The notes under the pieces: generated by a model
The model's input: only the letters and a program-made list of their open reading frames with translations
Told to the model about the DNA's origin: nothing
Database searches by the model: none
Origin: Alloascoidea hylecoeti
Taxonomy: Eukaryota
Assembly (NCBI GenBank): GCA_001600815.1
Contig: BCKZ01000017.1
Coordinates: forward strand, 287,720-347,379
Direction of reading: 5' to 3'
DNA: 59,660 bases
Shown here: one piece after another, positions 13,301-23,809 of the stretch
How positions within the stretch are numbered: position 1 is the first letter of the stretch
How the letters are laid out: each line of letters starts with the position of its first letter
Translations under genes and position numbers: made by a program

Positions 13301-16300
13301 ATGTTCCATCGAAAAGGTTCAACTTCCAACTCTTCTAGTCATATTCATCTGCCTCACTCGCCGTCCTCTTCGTCTCGTCGAGGGAGTCGTGGCAGCAAAC
13401 CGGCTTCAACTCCAATTTCAGTAACTAATTCCCCTATACCCTCTTCTCCTAATCGGCAAGCAGCCCAACATAAGCACACTAATTCAGCTACATTGGCAAT
13501 ACAATATGAAGATGATAAAAGGAGACTTAATAGATATTGTTTCTCGAAAACAGATGAAGACAACTTCTTGTTGGAGAGCTACATTACACATGTTAGAATC
13601 ATTGAAGATTCCCACCATCCTAATGAAAGACCTCCAGCATCCTCCGGAAAAAACCATAAAAAAGCACGTGTTTTGGCACTGGCTGTTCGAAAAAATGGTA
13701 GGGTTCTAGTTCATAAAGCTCGAGAGAATGCTAATGGAACCTTTCAAATTGGTCGTACTTGGTATCTAGATGAGTTAACAAGAGTCGAGAATGATCCAGC
13801 AAGTTTAACTGGATTTATAATGTATTTTGGTAAACCATATTATTGGGAGACAAATTCTCCAAAGGAGAAAAACGTTTTTATTTCCAGTGTTAACCGAATT
13901 TATAAAAAATATACTGGCGGGAAAAGTCCTGAAATGGTTGGATGGGAGAATGACATGTTCCAACAAGTTGGGCATTCACCTTCAAGTTCAGTCACATCCC
14001 CTATTATAGTTCATCAAGCAGCAAGTCCTGGTAGTGAAGTTAACTCGTTGGCGAGAGTTGATAGCAATCGATCTTTTCAATCTACTAACTCTCATGAATC
14101 ATCTTCGAAACTTCAAGGATTAGTAAACCCTTCTCTTCCTAGTTTCTCTTCGGTTCACAGATCTCCAAATCCCACAGAACCCTTACATCTTAAAAATAAT
14201 AAAAGTTCTGGTTCATTGAGACCAAATTCTGGCAATCAACCACAGATTCAGCAATCGCCTTTACCTCGAGTGCGTCCGGGCCAAGGACCAAACCAACAGC
14301 AATTTAGAACTATGCTAAATACTGATGAATATCCTTCAAATATGAGCGGATTAAGGAAGAACAGCTTTTCGGCAAATAGACCACAAGACTCTCAATTACC
14401 TAATAAATTGAAATCTGGAGTAAATGATAGTGCTGCTAGAAGCTCACCAACATTGCCTTTAATGAATCCTAAATTAAGGGGTGATCAACCATCAAATGAA
14501 ACTGAACCCTTACGAAAAGTTGCAACTCATAATTCTGTTAATAGTTTTGCGGCACAGATTCCTGGTCAGAAGCCTGGTAATCAAGTTAATCGGTCTTCTC
14601 CTGATCTTCTTCATCAACAACGTCCTTCGTTTGATCAGAAATCACCCCAGCAAAGATACGTACATCAACAACCAGTTGCTAGAAACGGGGGACCAATGGG
14701 AATGATGGGTCCAAGTGCAATGGGTCCTAATGGTCCTAATGGCCCTAATGGTCCTAATGGTCCTAATGGTCCTAATGGTCCTAATGGTCCTAATGGTCCT
14801 AATGGTCCTAATGGTCCTAATGGTCCTAATGGTCCTAANNNNNNNNNNNNNNNNNNNNNNNNNNNNNNNNNNNNNNNNNNNNNNNNNNNNNNNNNNNNNN
14901 NNNNNNNNNNNNNNNNNNNNNNNNNNNNNNNNNNNNNNCCTAATGGTCCTAATGGTCCTAATATTCGTAAGGGTCCTAATATTCGTAAGGGTCCTAATGG
15001 TCCTAATGGTCCTAATGGTCCTAATGGTCCTAAAGGCCCTAACGCTCCTAACGCTCCAAATATTCGTAACGGTCTTAACGGTCCTAATGGTCCTAATGGC
15101 GCTCCAAATATTCGTAACGGTCCTAATGGTCCTAATGGCGCTCCAAATATTCGTAACGGTCCTAATGGTCCTAATGGTCCTAATGGTCATAACGGTCCTA
15201 ATGGTCTTAGTAGTCGTAACGTATCTAACGGTTCTAACAGTTCTACCGGTCCCAATGGTCCAAGGGTGCAAAACCCACCATTTAATCAAGAAAAACAGTT
15301 CCAACCTTCAGGACCACCTATTCAACCTCTACAATCACAAAAGCAACCTCCTCCCCCAGTACCTATTCCAACTCAACAGCAACCTTCATTCCTACATAAA
15401 TCCAATCAGCCTTCAAGTGATAAATTACCAGTTCTTAGTATAGAAGTACCGAATACGCCATCTCAAATAGATTCACAGAGTAAAACCATTAGAGATTCTT
15501 CTACTGGCTCTACCATCACTGGTGATAGTGACTCCTCTTCATCCACACCACGTTTTTCATCTGATGATAAACCCTCGTTTGAGCAAATACAAATATCGGT
15601 ACCACCTGTACAACAGGTACAACAACAAAAGCAGGCACAACAACAACAGCCACAGCGTTCTACGGCTCCTAAAGGGCATAAGAAGAATGTATCGATTACA
15701 GATATTCAATTTGTAAAACGTGAAAGAGCTACGCGATCGCAACCCGAAAATGATCTCCCCGACTTAACTACCAATTCCAGTGGATCGAGCGGGACAGATA
15801 GGAGTAATGTAGAAATATCAAGAGAAGAAAAGGCTGCTCGAAGAGCCTCCAATGTTCCCGCATTTAAGGTCATTGAAATGGAAAATGGAAAATTTACTCC
15901 ATCTGAAGTTGGAATTAATGATACTGATAAACATCTCTCTATGAAAACAATTGCTAATATTGCTGTATTTGAGGATGTTTTGGATGAAGTGAACTGGTCC
16001 GGTTTAGATGATGCTAATAGTTTAGAACAAAGATTGGCAGCTGAATTGAATAAAGTTGAATATAACAATATTAATAATATACTTGGAATGGCAAATAATC
16101 TTGACGAAATTGATTCGGCTATTGATAAAGCAATTGATGAATGTGATAGACTGGATCCATTACTTACTTACTTTTCTGTCGAATTGGCCAGTTTCAGATC
16201 AGATATTGCGTATGTTGAAGATCAAGGTGAAGGTCTTCAAGTTCAGACTACAAATAAGAAGTTACTATGGAATGAGTTGAGGAATTTATTAAAGACTGTT

Positions 16301-18283
16301 TCTATCCCTAATGATGAATTGATTTCTTTGAGATCTACCGATTTTAACAATTTGGATCAAGTTTCTAAACTTGAATCATCTTTAGTTGAGCTTTACAATG
16401 CGTTGTCATTATCTAGAGGAACCAATTCACATGCCACTACTGGGTTACGTTCTATGCGTGTTTTGCAACAAAAAAGTGAAGATTATGAACGATCTTCCAA
16501 AGAGTTTTTGGGCTTGATGATAAGAGAATTAGTAAACAGGTTTAATTTTGTAGTCTCAAAGACGAGGGTTGACGCTTCTTCATTACCTTCTTTGGACTTA
16601 TTTTACGATGTTTTGCTACCAATGGCAGGTCTCATCTTATACGCTCGGGAAGCCGACAAACGAGTTTATGACGAGATTTTGAAAAGCTATGAAGGAGCAG
16701 TTAGACCCTTCTATGAAAAAGCCTTTGGGGGACATATTGAAAAGTGGAAACCATCAGTGTTGCCAACGGTTTCCAGTAGCAATTTTTTCGAAATTACTGA
16801 TAGAGAATCATCATCATCACAGCAAAAATTTACCCATGCTCCTCTTTCTAGATTAAAGACACTGTCGAGCAGTCAAAGAAAGACTAGTCTTAAGAAAGCT
16901 CACAGCAATGCATCCCTTAATTCACTTTCATCTAATAGTCCACTGACATCAAAATCAAAACATTCAACAGTTATACATTTAGTTTCACTTGTCGAGTCTA
17001 TTAGTTCCGAAGTATTAGCCCAACAAAATTTAATAGTAGAGCTTTTTCATCTAAGGGAAGATGCTACCTCGTTTGCTGAATATATTCAAAAAGTTCCCCC
17101 AAAAGAACGTCGTTCATTAATTGGTAGAAAGGAAAGATTTCAACTTGTGAAATTAGATAGATACGGAGCACAAACTTGTCTTAAGATTATGACTGATATA
17201 TTCGGCCGTTCTATGTCATCGTTCACAGATGCAGTGGACCAGGTTATTAATAATGTACCCATTGAATCACCCAGTGTTTTATTATTGCTTGAGTATAGTA
17301 TGAAGAACATTGATGCTACTAGCCAGGAATACCTTCTTAGGTGTTTTCAAAAGATGCATGATAAAGTATTTAATATTTGGAAAAAATATGTTGTCGAGCA
17401 AGTTCGAGCAATCGAAACTGAAATTTTCTCAACCAAGAAAAGAAACAATATCATCTTAACCGGTATAAAGAAACTACCAGAATTTATTCAATATGTAGAA
17501 GAGTCATTAGAGTCAGCTAATATTGAAGATTCCAATGAATTTAAAGTCCGTAAGTATGTCCAAGAGGCCTATGATGCACTAGGAAGTGCTGCTTTTAAGA
17601 CACTTAAGAAGGCCGAAAAAGAAAGAGATGATAATACTCCTATTCAAAGTCCTGTTGGGTTTGTTAGTAGTATGAATCCATTGCATTCACAGGTCGGAGA
17701 AACTGAGGATAAAGAACTACTTAATTTTCATATTTTTATGATTGAAAACACAGATTGTTTGGTGGAAGAGCTTCAGAGCATTCGAAATTCAGAAAGTCTG
17801 GAGATCCGTACTAAGGCTCAGAAACTATATCGAGATGAACTACAACTTTATATCCAAACAATTATTAGACGACCCCTTGGAAAACTGCTTGAATTTGTTG
17901 AAGGTGTTGAAACCTTTATGAATACAGAAGTTAAAGGTTCAAAACTCGTTGACCCCTCCAAGCGTCATGCTTACAGTCGTGGTACCATGAAACGAACATT
18001 GGCATCATATGAAAGTAAAGATATCAAATCTGGAATCGAAAAACTTAGACAGAGGGTAGAAAAGCATTTCACTCATATAGAATCGAATGCCAGCAGTGGA
18101 AATGGTGCTGCTTACGGTAAATCTAATGATAGATTAATTTCCAAAATTTGGTTATCTACACAATCTGAGTACTTAGCCATTTATTCACGTTTGATGAAGC
18201 TGGTGGAGGGATATTATCGTGATATTCAACCCGATTTCAGCAAAAATGATATTACCTCTGCATTCGGTTCATATATGAATTGA
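13301..18283 (+). CDS. SEC3: Exocyst subunit Sec3
   Basis: N-terminal PH-like domain (YITHVRIIEDS, HKARENANGTFQIGRTWYLDEL), coiled region (GLQVQTTNKKLLWNEL) and C-terminal RRPLGKLLEFVEG..LRQRVEKHF. First ATG at 13301. Contains an assembly gap. Confidence 0.92.
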   Translation: MFHRKGSTSNSSSHIHLPHSPSSSSRRGSRGSKPASTPISVTNSPIPSSPNRQAAQHKHTNSATLAIQYEDDKRRLNRYCFSKTDEDNFLLESYITHVRIIEDSHHPNERPPASSGKNHKKARVLALAVRKNGRVLVHKARENANGTFQIGRTWYLDELTRVENDPASLTGFIMYFGKPYYWETNSPKEKNVFISSVNRIYKKYTGGKSPEMVGWENDMFQQVGHSPSSSVTSPIIVHQAASPGSEVNSLARVDSNRSFQSTNSHESSSKLQGLVNPSLPSFSSVHRSPNPTEPLHLKNNKSSGSLRPNSGNQPQIQQSPLPRVRPGQGPNQQQFRTMLNTDEYPSNMSGLRKNSFSANRPQDSQLPNKLKSGVNDSAARSSPTLPLMNPKLRGDQPSNETEPLRKVATHNSVNSFAAQIPGQKPGNQVNRSSPDLLHQQRPSFDQKSPQQRYVHQQPVARNGGPMGMMGPSAMGPNGPNGPNGPNGPNGPNGPNGPNGPNGPNGPNGPNGPXXXXXXXXXXXXXXXXXXXXXXXXXXXXXXXXXXPNGPNGPNIRKGPNIRKGPNGPNGPNGPNGPKGPNAPNAPNIRNGLNGPNGPNGAPNIRNGPNGPNGAPNIRNGPNGPNGPNGHNGPNGLSSRNVSNGSNSSTGPNGPRVQNPPFNQEKQFQPSGPPIQPLQSQKQPPPPVPIPTQQQPSFLHKSNQPSSDKLPVLSIEVPNTPSQIDSQSKTIRDSSTGSTITGDSDSSSSTPRFSSDDKPSFEQIQISVPPVQQVQQQKQAQQQQPQRSTAPKGHKKNVSITDIQFVKRERATRSQPENDLPDLTTNSSGSSGTDRSNVEISREEKAARRASNVPAFKVIEMENGKFTPSEVGINDTDKHLSMKTIANIAVFEDVLDEVNWSGLDDANSLEQRLAAELNKVEYNNINNILGMANNLDEIDSAIDKAIDECDRLDPLLTYFSVELASFRSDIAYVEDQGEGLQVQTTNKKLLWNELRNLLKTVSIPNDELISLRSTDFNNLDQVSKLESSLVELYNALSLSRGTNSHATTGLRSMRVLQQKSEDYERSSKEFLGLMIRELVNRFNFVVSKTRVDASSLPSLDLFYDVLLPMAGLILYAREADKRVYDEILKSYEGAVRPFYEKAFGGHIEKWKPSVLPTVSSSNFFEITDRESSSSQQKFTHAPLSRLKTLSSSQRKTSLKKAHSNASLNSLSSNSPLTSKSKHSTVIHLVSLVESISSEVLAQQNLIVELFHLREDATSFAEYIQKVPPKERRSLIGRKERFQLVKLDRYGAQTCLKIMTDIFGRSMSSFTDAVDQVINNVPIESPSVLLLLEYSMKNIDATSQEYLLRCFQKMHDKVFNIWKKYVVEQVRAIETEIFSTKKRNNIILTGIKKLPEFIQYVEESLESANIEDSNEFKVRKYVQEAYDALGSAAFKTLKKAEKERDDNTPIQSPVGFVSSMNPLHSQVGETEDKELLNFHIFMIENTDCLVEELQSIRNSESLEIRTKAQKLYRDELQLYIQTIIRRPLGKLLEFVEGVETFMNTEVKGSKLVDPSKRHAYSRGTMKRTLASYESKDIKSGIEKLRQRVEKHFTHIESNASSGNGAAYGKSNDRLISKIWLSTQSEYLAIYSRLMKLVEGYYRDIQPDFSKNDITSAFGSYMN
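14723..15205 (+). repeat. Coding 9-bp minisatellite (GGTCCTAAT)n encoding (Gly-Pro-Asn)n, with NIR/GAP variant units
   Basis: Directly visible tandem array inside SEC3, interrupted by Ns. Confidence 0.97.
14839..14938. other. Assembly gap (100 N placeholder)
   Basis: Run of 100 n. The 9-bp repeat phase is not preserved across it, so the true length probably differs. Confidence 0.99.
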
Positions 18284-18522
18284 AATTAATTATTGCGATA
18301 CGTATATATAACATCATTACTAATATATTTATGTTTTTTTTTTATTTATATATGTTTAATCGTTGTTTTTTCTATTTTAACTCAGAATATCATAATCTTT
18401 TTTACATAATATTCTTCGTACTATCAAGTAGGTGAACGGATGTATTCTGATGTATCCAAATATGCGAAAATAATAATAGAGTGATATATTAGAACCCTTC
18501 TTACAGTTCCTTTAATGGTATT

Positions 18523-21500
18523 ATGTCCAGTGACTTCGATGATTTCATTGATGGCTTTGAAGAGGATGAACTAGACATCATTAGCATCACTCGTGGATCA
18601 AGCTTGAATGAGTCTAATGTTGCAAAACAACCTTCAAATATCGATAACCCGATACCACAACAAATTCAGTTAGAGTCAATAGAGGAGGAAATCGATTCTA
18701 TTACTGATTCCCAGATATTTGGTATTATAGATCATGACAACCAGACACATAAATTAAACGAAGATGCTCTAACGACTTATGTTTATCCTGTTAACTATGA
18801 ACTACGTGATTATCAATTTAATATCGTTAAGAAATCTTTATTTTCCAATGTATTATGTGCTCTCCCAACAGGCTTGGGAAAGACCTTTATTGCAAGCACT
18901 GTTATGCTTAACTGGTATCGCTGGACTGAGTCTGCAAAAATCATATTTATGGCACCAACGAGACCCCTTGTTTCTCAACAAATAAAGGCATGTTTAGGTA
19001 TAACAGGGATACCAAATCGTGACACAGCTGTTTTAATGGGGTCGAGGTCCGTTTCCATTAGAGAAGAAGCTTGGACTACAAAGAGAGTATTTTTTGCAAC
19101 TCCACAAACTGTGCAAAATGATCTATCTCGTGGGATTTTAGATCCAAAATCAATTGTATGTCTAGTTGTCGATGAAGCTCATCGTGCCACTGGTAACTAC
19201 GCTTACACCAAGGTAATTCAGTTGATCAGCAAAGTCAATAAATCATTTAGAGTGCTAGCATTGACTGCAACCCCAGCATCAACGGTTGAAGGAGTTCAAG
19301 AGGTAATTGATAATCTTATGATCTCGACTGTGGAGATTCGTACAGAGGAAAGTATGGATTTACAAAAATATATGCATCTCAAAATTCAGGACATGATCGA
19401 AGTTCCTTTAAATGGTGAAGTTGAGGAAATTATCGATTATCTTGCCATTGCAATTAAACCATTACTAACAGTTGTTAATAAAAGTGGTGTTTATCATGTT
19501 CGAGATCCTAAAAAGATCAATAGTTTTACCGCACGCCAATCATTACAAATATATGCAAGAAGATCGGGAGGAAATTCAGGTGCTTTCTTTAAAGCAAGGG
19601 CAATAATGCAAATAATCGGAGTTGCTGCTTATGCAATATCATTATTAACATTTCATAGTATTCGTTCATTTTATAATTATTTTGCTCCTGAGTATTTCAA
19701 TTTTAAGAACTCAAAGTCAAAAGGGAAGTTTACAGGTCAATTTTATGATGATAAAAATGTTAGTAAAGCTATTGAACTTGCCCAGGAAGTTTTGGGGAGA
19801 GATGACTATGTAGGTCATCCCAAACAAGAGAAATTAACTGAAGTCATGCTTGATTTTTTCAAAAATTCTAAAAATAAAGACTCTAAAGCAATCGTGTTTT
19901 CAAGCTTTAGGGAATCAGCTAATGATATCGTTAGAGTGTTAGATCGACATGGACCATTACTAAGACCTCATATTTTTCTAGGGCAAGCTGTTAAACAGAA
20001 GAAGAAGATTAAGCCCAAGAAACCCACAAAGACGAAAAGGAAAGGTAAAGATAAAAGGAAACCAAAAAAGAAAAGAAGAAAATCGGGGGCAAAAAAGTTT
20101 ATTTTGGATGAAGTTGATGATGACGATGATGATGGTGATGAAGACAACCACGAAGAAGAAGATGAAGAAGATGATGATGAAGAAAATGAAGAAGGCAGTG
20201 AACATGAACATAATGATAATAATAATAATGAAATAGAGGAAGAAGAAAGACCAAATGTTACTAATCGTAATGATAATGATAAATACATAAAGCGGTTTGC
20301 TGTAAATAACCGAAGCTCAGAACGGACAGCAAGTTCCGACTTTGCAACTGAGAACGGTATGAACCAGAAACTACAACACGAGGTAATTCATCGGTTTCTA
20401 GAGGGTAATTATAATATTTTAGTTGCTACATCAGTTGGGGAAGAAGGTCTTGATATTGGTGAGGTAGATTTAATTGTTAATTATGACTCTAATGCCAGCG
20501 CAATCCGTGGACTTCAAAGAATGGGACGAACAGGCAGAAAAAGAGATGGACATGTTGCGTTTTTATTTTCGGGAAATGAAAATGAGAAACACAAAAAGGC
20601 AATTGATAATCATCAATTTATCCAAAAGAAAATTACAAGCAGTAACAGCTTCAAGTATGTGAAGTCGGAAAGAATAATTCCCAATACGATAGCACCAACT
20701 TGTGAAAAAAAATGCATTATAATTCCAAGGGAAAATGAGGAAATTATACAAGCTGAAGATGATGAAGTCATTGAAATTGCAGTCAATAAATTAAAAACAC
20801 CAAGAGGGAAGCGTAAAAAAGCCGAAAAGAAATTTTATATGCCAGATAATGCCCTAACCAAGTTTATAAAGGCATCAAAGTTAGTACAAGCTCAATCCTT
20901 GGAATCCTCATCTTCGTCTAAAAGCTATCATAAGAGTTCTCCCCAACGAAATCTCTCATCGGATATTGATATTGATATGGGTGTTGAAATAAATGAATCA
21001 TTTAACCACTCTAAAAATAAAAAGGTTGTACTTAAAGAAAAGGCTGGTTCAGATCAATTTAATTGGGATGATAATGATAATGATTTCGATTGCGATCTTG
21101 ATATATCAGTATTATTGAAAACCCCCGGAAGTAGTACGAATAAAGTTAGTAGGAATGACGACGAAATGGTACATCCGAGTTCTAATGAATCTGAAAAGAA
21201 AACTGATTTTCCAAGCTCACCTTTACTTGATGTGCAAAGTTTGAGTCAAGAGAAAGGAACAGGAAATAATCTTATTGAAGTCCTCGATGACGATGAAGGT
21301 AATAATAAAATACTTATTGATGAAAATGAATTAATCGAATTACCTGATAGTCAACTCTTTGACACTACTGATATTAATAATGATAACCTGCCAATAACTT
21401 TAAGTTCTACATTTACTCCGCTACCACACCAAGAACTACAGCCAAAACAAAAACGTAAAAAATTTGTATCCGAGGTTTATGGTAAAAATTACGGATGCCT

Positions 21501-21975
21501 CCTTCCTAAAAAAGAAGACGAGTTACTAGATATGATAAGTAATTCTCCCGATTTATATCAGTCAATTAAAGAGTATGATCCCTTATTAGGAGCCCAAAAA
21601 GGCGTTGACGCAAAGTTCATATCACATGGAAGAACCACATCCCGGTTTATGAATGCTGTCAAGATGATGGGTGATAAGATTGATAAGTCAATTGAATATG
21701 AGAGTTATTTAGATCCAGAAAAAGTAATAGAGTTGGAGACTCTGAAAGAGCGAGCGGAAAAGTTCAAGCTATTACCACAAGGGCATGAATCGAACTCCAA
21801 TAAGTTTGTATTTATCGTTAAGAAGGAATCTGAGGAGGAAGATATTGAGATCATAGAAGAAGGTAAAGACAATAGTCCTAGATGCCCTGTTTCTGGGTTT
21901 GGAGAGCTTGATGACGAAGCATTGAGAAATGAGGATTTCAGCAATTTGAATTGGGATATAAGTGAAGATTTTTAG
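18523..21975 (+). CDS. MPH1: FANCM-family DEAH helicase Mph1
   Basis: LRDYQFNIV, LPTGLGKT, VVDEAHRATGNYAY, LALTATP, ATSVGEEGLDIGEVD and QRMGRTGRKRDG. Confidence 0.95.
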   Translation: MSSDFDDFIDGFEEDELDIISITRGSSLNESNVAKQPSNIDNPIPQQIQLESIEEEIDSITDSQIFGIIDHDNQTHKLNEDALTTYVYPVNYELRDYQFNIVKKSLFSNVLCALPTGLGKTFIASTVMLNWYRWTESAKIIFMAPTRPLVSQQIKACLGITGIPNRDTAVLMGSRSVSIREEAWTTKRVFFATPQTVQNDLSRGILDPKSIVCLVVDEAHRATGNYAYTKVIQLISKVNKSFRVLALTATPASTVEGVQEVIDNLMISTVEIRTEESMDLQKYMHLKIQDMIEVPLNGEVEEIIDYLAIAIKPLLTVVNKSGVYHVRDPKKINSFTARQSLQIYARRSGGNSGAFFKARAIMQIIGVAAYAISLLTFHSIRSFYNYFAPEYFNFKNSKSKGKFTGQFYDDKNVSKAIELAQEVLGRDDYVGHPKQEKLTEVMLDFFKNSKNKDSKAIVFSSFRESANDIVRVLDRHGPLLRPHIFLGQAVKQKKKIKPKKPTKTKRKGKDKRKPKKKRRKSGAKKFILDEVDDDDDDGDEDNHEEEDEEDDDEENEEGSEHEHNDNNNNEIEEEERPNVTNRNDNDKYIKRFAVNNRSSERTASSDFATENGMNQKLQHEVIHRFLEGNYNILVATSVGEEGLDIGEVDLIVNYDSNASAIRGLQRMGRTGRKRDGHVAFLFSGNENEKHKKAIDNHQFIQKKITSSNSFKYVKSERIIPNTIAPTCEKKCIIIPRENEEIIQAEDDEVIEIAVNKLKTPRGKRKKAEKKFYMPDNALTKFIKASKLVQAQSLESSSSSKSYHKSSPQRNLSSDIDIDMGVEINESFNHSKNKKVVLKEKAGSDQFNWDDNDNDFDCDLDISVLLKTPGSSTNKVSRNDDEMVHPSSNESEKKTDFPSSPLLDVQSLSQEKGTGNNLIEVLDDDEGNNKILIDENELIELPDSQLFDTTDINNDNLPITLSSTFTPLPHQELQPKQKRKKFVSEVYGKNYGCLLPKKEDELLDMISNSPDLYQSIKEYDPLLGAQKGVDAKFISHGRTTSRFMNAVKMMGDKIDKSIEYESYLDPEKVIELETLKERAEKFKLLPQGHESNSNKFVFIVKKESEEEDIEIIEEGKDNSPRCPVSGFGELDDEALRNEDFSNLNWDISEDF

Positions 21976-22829
21976 GATATTATTTTCAAAAAAGCCATTG
22001 TAGCGCATATTGTGAAGTCGAAGTCAAAATGAAATAGTTACATGTGACTAAGAACAATTATGTAATTAGTTCATTTTTAAATTCATAATTCGCTATGTAA
22101 TTATGATATGAAATACATAGAATAGTTACCTTTAAAATTTAATCGATAAATGTGGTTTTATGATATAGCTGAATTCTACTTATTTCTTGTACTAATTAAT
22201 TACACACGAAAATTAGCTAGTGGTGTGTGCGAAATATAATCAGCGATATCGTTGAAGGTTAGCAATATGTATGAGAAATAATTAGCGTTCGGCGAGGGGC
22301 ATATAGCCCACGACCACCTACAAATCAGCACATGTTCAAAATATAGTGAAATTTATGACATGTATTGAGAGAAGTTCGAGATTGCTATCCTATATGCAAT
22401 TATAATCTTGATTATAATATGTATGTTAAAGTTTCAACTCTATTTTTTTATACCTTCTTGATATTATGCATATGTTATTTATGATTATATTAAAAAAAGA
22501 TACGATATTTTTCACTCGAGCTCTTTTTCTTTACCATTATTGCCAGTAATCAACTAAATATATATCATATAACTATAGAAAAAACGCATTTGATTTCTGT
22601 AATTGATGAAGATAAGAAGGCCAGACACACTTCACTACAACACAATTATAGTATTAGAAACAGTTTGGAAAAGTCAGTTACTGATGTCTTCAAATCAATT
22701 GTGAATTGTAAAAAAAATCGAAGCAACCGACCTCCAAACAAAAACATCAGCCACTCTGAAAAAGAATCAATATATCAAAATGAAAAAGTAGTAGTTTTCA
22801 GAATGAGAGTAAAAGTATTGATTCAAAAT

Positions 22830-23460
22830 GATCCCAAACAACCATAAAAATGGTCGGATCCCATAGTTTGTAATATACAAATTTCCCGTGGTGACCGCCC
22901 AATTAGTTTTTAAAGAGAAATTTTTCTTTCAATATTTCCATGTTCAACTTCGAATTCAGTTGAAACTAATGTCAATAACAAATCATTAGCAATCCATGTA
23001 ATGAACTGCATACATTATCAGAACTTATTATCTAGAAAATCATGAACATTTGTCGGAAAAATTTGGTTTAATTTTTGGAACTGAAGCAAAACTACTAGAT
23101 TCTGCAATTTATCATCCATGTCTTTGTGAATCTGCTAATTGAATTTAGTTGACCATGCGTTAAATTTTCACCAAGATGATTAAGTGTTTCAACTAATTTA
23201 TTAAACCACATATTGATGTTTGTGTTATAATCCAAGCGGCTCATGGCGCTAAATTCAAGAGAAATTTTAAATCATTCTTTTTAGCCTTGTTCAACTTGAT
23301 TGGGTAGCCTTCTAAAGGTGAAGATTGATTGATACATGGAATCCATTCGAGACCAGTAATGTAAAAATCTTTTAAATACGTTGATTGATGACGAACTCGG
23401 TGAAAATTGGGTTTGAAACCTTTAATATAAGTTTCAATTTTTACTTTTACAATTAATATT
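22830..23460 (-). pseudogene. Frameshifted, stop-interrupted relic ORF, possibly retrotransposon gag
   Basis: Three overlapping minus-strand frames of 40-70 codons (..INMWFNKLVETLNHLGE.., ..DDKLQNLVVLL.., ..FITWIANDLLLTLVSTEFE) loosely fit the retrotransposon capsid W..W..F pattern. Confidence 0.3.
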
Positions 23461-23809
23461 AGCCTCCTCGTTAAGGTTGATGTGAGATAACTTTAGAATC
23501 AGAATAACAAGTGGATAAACTGCTATAACGTATTTAAATAAACAGTTCGGATAAAGTGATCTTTAATACTATAGTATCATGATCATTGTGATGATTTGCA
23601 GTAATGTTTTTGATCCTGTTGAAGGGTACCAGGTATTTTATTCAAGTTCGATTGAATGAAATATTACATTAAAAGTGTTGTTGTATCAGAAACTTCATAC
23701 GCACTAAATTAATCCACAGATTTTTGTTTAGCATCACGTGTATATCACATGTCTAATTTAATTTGCAATATGATTCTGTTTTCGACACCTCACAACTCTT
23801 CATCAAAAA

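Noticed and set aside
14723..15205. CRISPR-like array
   Set aside because: Eukaryotic coding minisatellite with no unique spacers.
14642..15443. 220-aa (RTI)n and 242-aa (VLM)n ORFs
   Set aside because: Alternative frames of the stop-free 9-bp SEC3 repeat.
22201..22330. Small hairpins (ACACAC/GTGTGT, GGGC/GCCC) suggesting an H/ACA snoRNA
   Set aside because: Stems are short, and no convincing H/ACA box geometry or guide pocket is present.
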